Shown one piece after another: positions 40,993-49,061 of a DNA stretch of 64,000 nt. Source of the DNA: Deltaproteobacteria bacterium (GTDB lineage: Bacteria > UBA10199 > JACPAL01 > JACOUP01); assembly GCA_016177765.1 (NCBI GenBank), contig JACOUP010000008.1:1025165-1089164 (forward strand), given 5' to 3'. A model generated the notes under the pieces. That model was not told the origin of the DNA and did not search any database. It was given only the letters and a program-made list of their open reading frames with translations. A program made the translations under genes and the position numbers. The first letter of the stretch is position 1. Every line of letters begins with the position of its first letter.

Positions 40993-42369
40993 ATGAAACA
41001 GATTGCTGTCGCCCTTTTGCTGGGGATTTCTTTTTTCGCCATGCCGTCTCTGTCACCAGCGGCCGATAAGAAGGAAAAGACAATCACCAGGGAGCTGTAC
41101 CAGGACCTGGAGCTCTTTGCCAAGATTCTCCATCACGTCAAGAGTGATTACGTCGAGGATGTCAAGGACAAGGAACTGATTGAGGGGTCTATCCGTGGGA
41201 TGCTCACAGCGTTGGACCCCCACAGCCTCTTTATGCCGGCGGAGGTTTACAGGGAACTTCGTGTTGATACGGAGGGAAAGTTTGGCGGGATCGGGATCGA
41301 GGTGACCTCCAAAGACAATTTTCTGACGGTGGTGGCCCCCCTGGAAGGGACACCGGCGGACCGCGCCAGGATACGGGCGGGAGACAGGATCCTCAGGATC
41401 AACAAAACCCCCGCCAAGGGGATGTCACTCACCGATGCCGTCAAGATGATGCGGGGGGAGAGGGGGAGCCGGATAACCCTTGTCCTGCAAAGAGAGGGGA
41501 GCAAACCGTTTCAGGTCACCCTGGTGAGGGATCTGATCCGGATCCAGAGTGTCCGGAAGGAATTGGTGGATAAAAGATACGGCTATGTCCGGGTGACTTC
41601 CTTCCAGGAGGGGACGGCCAAAGAGCTGGATCGTGCCCTGCGGGAACTCGAAAAAAAGGTGCCCGGGGGACTGGCCGGTCTTGTCCTGGATCTTCGCAAT
41701 AACCCCGGTGGTCTCCTGGATGAGGCCGTTGAGGTGGCAGATCAGTTTCTGGAGAGCGGGACGATTGTCGTGACCAAGAGTCGCCATAACAAGGAGGTCG
41801 ACAAGAAAGAGGCCCGAAGGGAAAAGACGCATCCCGCTTATCCCCTCATTGTGATGGTGAACGGGGGGAGCGCCTCGGCGGCAGAGATTGTTGCCGGGGC
41901 CCTGCAGGATCATCGTCGAGGCATCCTTTTGGGAACGTCGACCTTTGGTAAAGGTTCCGTGCAAACGGTCTATGAGTTGGGGGATGGTTCGGCCCTCAAG
42001 CTGACAATTGCCAAATATTACACCCCCTCCGGCCGGTCGATCCAGGCCCAGGGGATCAAACCGGATATTGAGGTGGGTGAGGTGAAGCCGGAAATGATTG
42101 CCTCTACGGCGACTACTCCGCGGGAGCGGGTGGTTCGCGAGAAGGACCTCAAGGGGCACCTGGAGGGCGGTTCGCCCAAAGGGGAAGAAGAGGATTCCGA
42201 AAAAGAGGCAGAAACCTCACCCAAGGGTGGCTCACCCAAGGGTGGTTCACCCAAAGGCAAAAAGGGAAAAGCAACCCCGGAGCAAAAACCGGAAGACTAC
42301 CAGAAGGAAACCGCCCTCAATTACATCAAAAGCTGGGATACCTTTCAATCAAAAGGCCGGTTGCGTTAG
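40993..42369 (+). CDS. ctpA: Carboxyl-terminal processing protease (S41, PDZ domain)
   Basis: Signal peptide, PDZ domain, S41 motifs (GGSASAAEI); C-terminal GGSPKG repeats. Confidence 0.85.
   Translation: MKQIAVALLLGISFFAMPSLSPAADKKEKTITRELYQDLELFAKILHHVKSDYVEDVKDKELIEGSIRGMLTALDPHSLFMPAEVYRELRVDTEGKFGGIGIEVTSKDNFLTVVAPLEGTPADRARIRAGDRILRINKTPAKGMSLTDAVKMMRGERGSRITLVLQREGSKPFQVTLVRDLIRIQSVRKELVDKRYGYVRVTSFQEGTAKELDRALRELEKKVPGGLAGLVLDLRNNPGGLLDEAVEVADQFLESGTIVVTKSRHNKEVDKKEARREKTHPAYPLIVMVNGGSASAAEIVAGALQDHRRGILLGTSTFGKGSVQTVYELGDGSALKLTIAKYYTPSGRSIQAQGIKPDIEVGEVKPEMIASTATTPRERVVREKDLKGHLEGGSPKGEEEDSEKEAETSPKGGSPKGGSPKGKKGKATPEQKPEDYQKETALNYIKSWDTFQSKGRLR
42165..42252. repeat. Three copies of the palindromic element (one variant plus two in tandem) inside the ctpA 3' region
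   Basis: gggcggttcgccc at 42165-42177, gggtggctcaccc at 42225-42237, gggtggttcaccc at 42240-42252. Confidence 0.8.
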
Positions 42370-43149
42370 GGCAGAACTTTCTTCAGGTGAATTACTGATC
42401 TTTCCCTTGCCGGTTTTGTAGAGGTATTTCCGGATCGCCTTGATCACCCGCGGCATCACCTGTTGTGCCCCCCAAATCAGCAGGAATTTAGGAACGCGGT
42501 TGCCCGTAATGACGGTCGCCTTGTAATCCATCTTCGTCCGTGTGGGATCCCCCTCGAACGGCTCAAAGGTCACCGATCCGGCAAAATGTTTCACATTGCC
42601 GCCGACCAGTTCCCATTCCGAGGAAAAGACCCCTTCCTTTTCACGGGTCTCGTTGTTTTTGTTTTTGAGGATGAACCATTTATCGTTGGCCGGCCAGGGG
42701 ATGTCAAAACTCTGGAACGAATAGGAATCCCAACGCGCGCCGGCTTTCCGCCCCTGCTCCTGATCGAATTGTCGACCGTTCATCAATTGGTAAAATTCCT
42801 TGATCTCCTTTGTTTTCTTGACCAGGTATTCCTTGATGAAACCTTCGCTGAGGGCGCGGCAGTCATTCAAGGTGGGGACTTCATAGGCTGGCCAGTCGTT
42901 TGATCGCCGGTACATGTTCCAGACCTCGGCCGGTGGGGACTCAATGACGCCGACCATCTGGCCGACAATCCCGACCCCCTTGTCATAGTCGGCATGGGAA
43001 TAGATCCAGCCCCGGTCCAGACTCCTGACAAACGCCTCCTCCGGGGAGAGCTTTTTGACCGTATAGACAGCCTGGGCGGCAGTGGGGATGACCATCTGGA
43101 TGAAAACCAGAAGGGCCAGAAAAAGAGAGGCGAATCGCTTGAGGGCCAT
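42349..43149 (-). CDS. Hypothetical secreted protein
   Basis: Signal peptide MALKRFASLFLALLVFIQMVIPTAAQA; 266 aa. Confidence 0.5.
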   Translation of the reverse strand: MALKRFASLFLALLVFIQMVIPTAAQAVYTVKKLSPEEAFVRSLDRGWIYSHADYDKGVGIVGQMVGVIESPPAEVWNMYRRSNDWPAYEVPTLNDCRALSEGFIKEYLVKKTKEIKEFYQLMNGRQFDQEQGRKAGARWDSYSFQSFDIPWPANDKWFILKNKNNETREKEGVFSSEWELVGGNVKHFAGSVTFEPFEGDPTRTKMDYKATVITGNRVPKFLLIWGAQQVMPRVIKAIRKYLYKTGKGKISNSPEESSALTQPAF

Positions 43150-43175
43150 GGAACCTTACAAGTATAACTGAAAAA

Positions 43176-45575
43176 TCAGTTGGCCTCAAGGAGTACGTCG
43201 AAGGAACCGGAGATAGTTCCAGTGAGGGTCTGATCGCTTTCGACGCCGTTGGTGACGACACGTTTTTTACCGCTCATATTGGCCGTAAAGGTGCCGGTCA
43301 TCCGGCTCCCCCCCGTTTCGCCATAACTGGTCAGGGTAATCGTTCCCCCCGTTGAGCCGAAGACCACCTGTTCCCCGTTATCATCATGGGTGATCTTGGG
43401 AGAGTTGAAGATGATACTGGCAGAGCCGGTATTTTGCTCGAAGACGGTATCGGTTTCGTTCAGGTTGTAGGTATTGCCGGCATTGATATCGTCAGGGTCG
43501 GTAATGATATTGACCATTGTTTGAGTGAGATCTGTGGCTGAGGCCCCTTCGGAGGCGAAGGCGGTGGGGAGGTTAATCCGTTTGACATCCCCCGTAAAGG
43601 TGCCGAAGCCGCCAACGATCGTCTTGGGGTCGAACGAGATATTGGCGCCGTTGATCTTGATCGTGGCCGAAAAACTGTTTGCCGTCGTTGTCGTTTCCTC
43701 AGCAACCTTGGCCAGCTCAAAGTCGACATCAATCCGTCCGATGGTGGCGGCATTGGAAATGACCACGGTTAACACGTCGCCGGTTGAAACACCAAACCCC
43801 TTGATCCCGACCGAATTCCCGGACATTTCCGTCCCGACGGCGGCCCCGGCCCGGTAAACCGCGGCACGAACGGCATTACCGACGGCCCCGGCACTGGGGG
43901 AAAGGGTGAGGGTGACATCAACGCCGTTTTCGACCGCCTTGGTCGGGGTGATCTTCAAGACCTTGGTGGCAAATTCGTTGATCTTCTTCACGGCACCGGT
44001 CAGGCTGGAGTCTTTGAGTTCTTCCGGGTCGACTGTTTTGGCGACGATCGATTTGGCGGAAAAGAGGTTGGTGTTCAAGACACCGGCGGCTGTTTCTCCG
44101 GAGCGAAGGACGCTGTCGCTGGAATGTTCAATCGCCCGGTCTCTCGCGTATTTGGCATAGACGGTGGCGAGGTCCTTTTTAAATTTGCCCTGGAGGGTTG
44201 CGTCGAGGGCGTCGGTGACGGTGTCCCAGGGAGGGCCGAGTGGCGCCGACTTGGTCCCGTCCGCCACGAGCGCATCGATCCCTGCCTTGAGTTTGGCATA
44301 ATAGGTCTGGAGGTAGCTGAGACTTTTGTTGTTGTAGACACGGCCGACGTAGGCGAAGAAATCCTGATTGGAATAAGCCTCCGAACCGCCGGCGTTTGGA
44401 ACCAAAAGATAATTGGAGAGGATATGCGTTTCGGTTGCGGTAGCGGAGCGGACCTGCGGGGTGGTTGCCGCCGTGTCGATTGTTACTCCGTAGGTGGCAG
44501 CACTCCCCTCGGCGGAACCCTGAAGGGTATCCCCAAAACCGGTGTCGTAGCCATTTTGGACCGAATGGAACATCTCATGGGCCACCGAGGCGAAGACAGT
44601 CCCCAGGGCGTTGGTGGCGGTGGTGTCGGCGATTCGGGAAAAACCGACGTAGAGGATCCCGAAGCTGAAACCAAAATGATTGGCGCTTTCGTCAAGCCCT
44701 CCCGGTTCAAACTTACTTCCGCCATTGAAGAGAGAGATCGGCATATAATTCTTGCCGCCGACGGCAATAACCTGAAGGTTCGGTTGTCGGAAACCGGCGG
44801 CCTGGTAAATGGCGCCGGCGGCCACCCCGTTATTGCTGACCCTCTGGACAATCACCGTTTGGATCTGGGCATCGGTCAGGCTGGCGGCAGGGATGTTCAA
44901 GATACCGGAGATGACAGTCCTTAGATTGGGGTCCCTCGGGTTGTAATAGCTGATCCACAAATTGGTGCTCCACGGGGCCTCCGCCGTTGCCTCTTTGGAG
45001 GGGTCCAGGGTCATCGACGAGCCCTCGGACGATGTGGCGGTCTGCAGGTTGGGGTTGTAGACGACAGTGTAGATGGCGTCTTTGGGAAGTCCCTTTAGCT
45101 TGAGGGTGAGTTGGGAACCGCTCAAACTTCCAGGAACCCAGAGGGTCGTTTTGTTGTCCGGATCAAAGACCTTGATGTAAACCTTGATGGCGTTCTGGTC
45201 TGCCGCCGGGATGGAGGAGTTATCCAGCTGAACCGTCATCGTAACATCCTGGGTGGTGATAAAGTGCATGATGGAATCAAGATTTAAATCGTAGGAACTG
45301 GAAACGGTTTTTTCTCCCTCTTCCAGGAGATCGGAGGGGGTGTCGACGATTTCGATTTCCGGTTGGGCCCGGAGGGCGGCTGGCATGCTGTCATCGGCGA
45401 TAATGACCTGAAACTTACCATCCTCTGAGGTGAAGGTTCCGCCGGTGACACCATCTTCGGTATACTCCGGATCTTCCTTGTCCGGGGTGTCGTCATCGTC
45501 GTCATCCCCGCCACAGTAAGAAAGCGAGAAGACAAGGGAACAAATCAGCAGACCCAACAGGAAAAGCCGCCGCAT
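43176..45575 (-). CDS. Large lipoprotein with HExxH zincin-like motif and poly-Asp tract
   Basis: Lipobox LSYC followed by GGDDDDDD; VAHEMFHSVQ zinc-binding motif; 799 aa. Confidence 0.6.
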   Translation of the reverse strand: MRRLFLLGLLICSLVFSLSYCGGDDDDDDTPDKEDPEYTEDGVTGGTFTSEDGKFQVIIADDSMPAALRAQPEIEIVDTPSDLLEEGEKTVSSSYDLNLDSIMHFITTQDVTMTVQLDNSSIPAADQNAIKVYIKVFDPDNKTTLWVPGSLSGSQLTLKLKGLPKDAIYTVVYNPNLQTATSSEGSSMTLDPSKEATAEAPWSTNLWISYYNPRDPNLRTVISGILNIPAASLTDAQIQTVIVQRVSNNGVAAGAIYQAAGFRQPNLQVIAVGGKNYMPISLFNGGSKFEPGGLDESANHFGFSFGILYVGFSRIADTTATNALGTVFASVAHEMFHSVQNGYDTGFGDTLQGSAEGSAATYGVTIDTAATTPQVRSATATETHILSNYLLVPNAGGSEAYSNQDFFAYVGRVYNNKSLSYLQTYYAKLKAGIDALVADGTKSAPLGPPWDTVTDALDATLQGKFKKDLATVYAKYARDRAIEHSSDSVLRSGETAAGVLNTNLFSAKSIVAKTVDPEELKDSSLTGAVKKINEFATKVLKITPTKAVENGVDVTLTLSPSAGAVGNAVRAAVYRAGAAVGTEMSGNSVGIKGFGVSTGDVLTVVISNAATIGRIDVDFELAKVAEETTTTANSFSATIKINGANISFDPKTIVGGFGTFTGDVKRINLPTAFASEGASATDLTQTMVNIITDPDDINAGNTYNLNETDTVFEQNTGSASIIFNSPKITHDDNGEQVVFGSTGGTITLTSYGETGGSRMTGTFTANMSGKKRVVTNGVESDQTLTGTISGSFDVLLEAN

Positions 45576-45618
45576 TTTTAGGATTCTAATTCAAAAGAGG
45601 GCTGAAAGACAACGAAAA

Positions 45619-45636
45619 ATACTCGGGGACTAGGAT
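45619..45636. repeat. 18-bp direct repeat (17/18) of the tRNA-Gln 3' end: candidate distal att site
   Basis: atactcggggactaggat here versus atgctcggggactaggat at 46784-46801. Confidence 0.7.
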
Positions 45637-45701
45637 CAATGAATACAATATGTTATGGCCACGAAATAGGGCCTTGACAATACCTACCCCCTAAGCATAG
45701 A

Positions 45702-46100
45702 ATGTTCCGCATGAAGCCGGTTTCAACCAGGACTTTGCAGGTCTTTAAACAGTGGGGCAAGGAAGGGGGGAAGAGGCGGGCCAAAAACCTTTCCCCTTCG
45801 GCCCGTCAGGCTATTTCGAGGCATGCCGCTCAAACGCGTTGGGGTCTTCAAAAAACTCATGAGTCATCCATGTCCAGTGTGCGTCTTAGAGGAGCGCTTT
45901 GGGGAAATCCGGTCTATTTGGAAGAGGTTCTCTCGCATGGAAGCTTGAGAGACTGGAAAGAACTGCGCCGCAGAATTGCCGATCACCCCTTTGGCGCTGA
46001 AGCCGGTGCGCTCGAGAAAGTTCTTAATGCGATCAGTATCTACGGAACCATTTCTTTATGGAAAGGGATCCTTGGCAATTTACGGGGGAATTTTTTGTGA
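45702..46100 (+). CDS. Hypothetical small protein, candidate partner of the AbiEii toxin
   Basis: Overlaps the downstream AbiEii gene by 43 nt. Confidence 0.35.
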   Translation: MFRMKPVSTRTLQVFKQWGKEGGKRRAKNLSPSARQAISRHAAQTRWGLQKTHESSMSSVRLRGALWGNPVYLEEVLSHGSLRDWKELRRRIADHPFGAEAGALEKVLNAISIYGTISLWKGILGNLRGNFL

Positions 46101-46771
46101 AAAAAGAAGCCGATACATTTCCTGCATGGGAAAAATTACTTTCCGCACAAGCTCTCTTCCAATCCCATTTTCCGGAGTCTGTTCTTGTTGGCGGAACAGC
46201 CGCGGCACTTCATGCCGGTCATCGTGTCTCTATGGATGCCGATCACGTTTTGCCTGATCTTAAAAAACGATTCGCCGAAATTTTGGCTCAAGTGGAGAAA
46301 GAAGCCGGCTGGAAAACAAGCCGGATGGAACCTCCGGTTCTCATTTTGGGAAACTTTCAAGGGGTCCGGACCGGTATTCGCCAGTTGATCCGGAAAAAAC
46401 CACTGGAGACAACGATGGTGAAAGGACTTCGCGTCCCGACGGTTGCCGAAATTTTAAGAATCAAAGGCTACTTAATTACCAAGAGAAACACGACGCGGGA
46501 CTTTATTGATTTTGTCGCCCTTTTCGACCATTTCGGGGCTGAAAAATCTTTGAAGGCGCTGGCTTCATTGGATGATCTCTATCCGCAAGAGGGGGAGGAG
46601 TCTGTATTAAAACAACTCGCCACACAGCTGGCTGAACCCAAGCCCTGGGATCTGACAGAGACTGATTTAAGTCACTACAAATCACTCAAAGAACCTTACA
46701 CCGACTGGAATGAAATCAAACGGCGAGCAGGGGCGGCGGGTCTTCGAATTTTGGAATCACTTTTGGTTTAG
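46058..46771 (+). CDS. Nucleotidyltransferase AbiEii/AbiGii toxin family (DUF1814)
   Basis: Signature LVGGTAAALHAGHRVSMDADHV (GGTAL...HR.S.D.D); 237 aa. Confidence 0.7.
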   Translation: MERDPWQFTGEFFVKKEADTFPAWEKLLSAQALFQSHFPESVLVGGTAAALHAGHRVSMDADHVLPDLKKRFAEILAQVEKEAGWKTSRMEPPVLILGNFQGVRTGIRQLIRKKPLETTMVKGLRVPTVAEILRIKGYLITKRNTTRDFIDFVALFDHFGAEKSLKALASLDDLYPQEGEESVLKQLATQLAEPKPWDLTETDLSHYKSLKEPYTDWNEIKRRAGAAGLRILESLLV

Positions 46772-46786
46772 GGTATTTGTTTTATG

Positions 46787-46857
46787 CTCGGGGACTAGGA
46801 TTCGAACCTAGATTTACGGAGTCAGAGTCCGCAGTCCTGCCGTTAGACGATCCCCGA
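46787..46857 (-). tRNA. tRNA-Gln (anticodon CTG)
   Basis: Reverse complement folds as acceptor TCGGGGA/TCCCCGA, anticodon loop CTCTGAC, T-loop GGTTCGAATCC, discriminator G. Resembles E. coli tRNA-Gln. Confidence 0.75.
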
Positions 46858-46901
46858 ATAAGCGGCTTTTTAGTAGATGAGCGGTTGCTCAAAGTCAACT
46901 C

Positions 46902-47942
46902 TCAACCGAAGAAAACCTCTGCCAGCTTATAGAAAGCGGGATCCACCGTCTTGATCTTCTTGACCACCTGTTGGAGCGGGAGGGAAATTATTTTGTTCCC
47001 CTGGATCCCGACCATCCGGCCGAATTTTCCGCTATGGGCGAGATTAACCGCCTCCACGCCGAGGCGGGTGGCGAGGATCCGGTCATAGGCGGTTGGCGTT
47101 CCTCCCCTCTGAACATGCCCCAGTTCCGTCACCCGGATCTCAAACGAGGTCCTTTTCTGCAACTCCCTCGCGAGAAGCATCCCGATACCCCCCAGTTTGA
47201 TGTCGCCGTACTCGTCTTTTTTGGTGGGGGTCTTGAGGATCTTTTTCTTCCTCCCAACCCCTTCGTAGAGCCGGGCGTCTTCGGAAACGACGATGATGCT
47301 AAAATTCTTGCCGCGGCTGGCTCGTTGCTTCAGAAGCCTTATCAAGTGATTGAGTGAAAAAGGGACTTCCGGAATCAAGATGGCATCCCCCCCGCCGGCA
47401 ATGCCGGCACAGGCGGCGATCCAGCCGGTGTGACGTCCCATCACCTCCACGATCATCACGCGGTGGTGGGATTCTGCGGTGGTGTGGAGACGATCGATGG
47501 CGTCCGTCGCAATTTGCACCGCGGTATCAAAACCGATCGTGACATCGGTCCCCCAAAGATCGTTGTCGATCGTTTTGGGGATGCCGATCGTCGGGATGCC
47601 GGCCTTGTGGAAGGCATAGGAGACCCGCATCGTTCCCTCGCCGCCGATCGCCAATACGCCGTCCAGGGGGGAACGCCGGAAGTTTTCAATGACCTTTCTC
47701 TTCATCTCCGGTGTCTTCAAAGGGTTGATACGGGTCGTCCCGAGGATCGTTCCCCCCATCGGGAGGATGCCGGAGACCGAGGCGATATCGAGCGGACGGA
47801 AATGAGAAGTCAGAAGCCCTTTCCATCCTTCCAGGATGCCATCGATGCCAATGTTGAGGGAAACGGCCCGCCGGACAACCGCACGAATGGCGGCATTCAG
47901 ACCGGGGCAGTCACCCCCCCCTGTGAGCACTCCGAGTTTCAT
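46902..47942 (-). CDS. pfk: 6-phosphofructokinase
   Basis: MKLGVLTGGGDCPGLNAAIR N-terminus and the GGEGT / MGR motifs. Confidence 0.88.
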   Translation of the reverse strand: MKLGVLTGGGDCPGLNAAIRAVVRRAVSLNIGIDGILEGWKGLLTSHFRPLDIASVSGILPMGGTILGTTRINPLKTPEMKRKVIENFRRSPLDGVLAIGGEGTMRVSYAFHKAGIPTIGIPKTIDNDLWGTDVTIGFDTAVQIATDAIDRLHTTAESHHRVMIVEVMGRHTGWIAACAGIAGGGDAILIPEVPFSLNHLIRLLKQRASRGKNFSIIVVSEDARLYEGVGRKKKILKTPTKKDEYGDIKLGGIGMLLARELQKRTSFEIRVTELGHVQRGGTPTAYDRILATRLGVEAVNLAHSGKFGRMVGIQGNKIISLPLQQVVKKIKTVDPAFYKLAEVFFG

Positions 47943-48044
47943 CGGGAGGGATCTTATGGATTTTTCCCGCGCTTGCCAAGGGAAAATCAAAGGTCTAAAG
48001 TTGATAGAGTGAACACCATTGACTATGCCGGTCTGCTAGGTGCG

Positions 48045-49061
48045 ATGACCCAGGAAGGGACCCTCTATGAAAAACTGGAGGGGGAGAAGGTCCGCTGTTT
48101 TTCCTGCGGCCACCGGTGCGTGATTCCCGAAGGACGGATCGGGATTTGCAAGGTCCGCTTTAATAAAGGAGGGAAACTCCAGGTCCCCTTTGGTTATGTG
48201 GGGGCGCTCCAGTGCGACCCGATCGAAAAAAAACCGTTCTTTCATGCGATGCCAGGAACCGAGGCCTTCTCCTTCGGGATGCTGGGGTGTGATTATCACT
48301 GTCCGAATTGCCAAAATTGGCTGACCAGTCAGGCCCTGCGCGACCCAAAGGCGATAGCCCCTCCGCAGAAGGTGACGCCCAAAGAATTGGTGGCGATGGC
48401 CAGAGAAAGGGGGGCCTCGACACTCGCCTCCACTTACAATGAACCACTGATCACCAGCGAATGGGCCGTGGCTGTCTTTCAAGAGGCGAAGAGGGCGGGA
48501 TTCAAGACCGCCTATATCTCCAACGGCAACGGGACCCCACAAGTGATCAATTATCTAAGGCCTTGGGTTGATCTTTATAAAGTAGACCTCAAGGGTTTTA
48601 ACGACAAACATTATCGGGAACTGGGGGGGCTGTTGGATCCTGTCCTTGAAACGATCCAGGCTATTCACGAAAAACAGTTCTGGCTGGAGGTTGTTACCCT
48701 CATCATCCCCGGCTTTAATGATTCGGATGAAGAGTTGAGGCAGATCGCCCGGTTTCTCGCCAAGATTTCAAAAGAGATCCCATGGCATCTGACCGCCTTT
48801 CACAAGGATTACAAAATGAGGGGTCCGGCCAACACACCGGTGGAGACTCTTGTTCGCGCCGCGCGGATCGGTCAGGAGGCAGGGCTCCACTTTATCTACG
48901 CCGGTAATCTGCCGGGAAAGGTAGGGGATCTGGAAAACAGCTATTGTCCCTCTTGCAAGACCCTCCTGGTTGAAAGGGTTGGGTACACAATCTTGAAGAA
49001 CAACCTCCAGTCTGGCTGTTGTCCCCAATGCCTGCAAAAAATCCCGGGGGTTTGGGGCTAA
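48045..49061 (+). CDS. Radical SAM enzyme (AmmeMemoRadiSam-system-like) with N-terminal Cys-rich ribbon
   Basis: CFSCGHRC...C ribbon then CDYHCPNC (Cx3Cx2C) motif. The track ORF's 5' part is a shadow of pfk; start ATG 48045 (or GTG 48009). Confidence 0.75.
   Translation: MTQEGTLYEKLEGEKVRCFSCGHRCVIPEGRIGICKVRFNKGGKLQVPFGYVGALQCDPIEKKPFFHAMPGTEAFSFGMLGCDYHCPNCQNWLTSQALRDPKAIAPPQKVTPKELVAMARERGASTLASTYNEPLITSEWAVAVFQEAKRAGFKTAYISNGNGTPQVINYLRPWVDLYKVDLKGFNDKHYRELGGLLDPVLETIQAIHEKQFWLEVVTLIIPGFNDSDEELRQIARFLAKISKEIPWHLTAFHKDYKMRGPANTPVETLVRAARIGQEAGLHFIYAGNLPGKVGDLENSYCPSCKTLLVERVGYTILKNNLQSGCCPQCLQKIPGVWG

Noticed and set aside
47921-47942. gtcaccccccc run resembling the palindromic element
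   Set aside because: It simply encodes the conserved PFK N-terminus TGGGDC on the minus strand, and it does not resemble the GGGTGA palindrome.
47430-48044. 5' extension of the radical SAM ORF (the track gives 543 aa)
   Set aside because: The upstream 200 codons are antisense to pfk and Arg/His-rich. The conserved Cys ribbon and the ribosome-binding context begin near 48009-48045.
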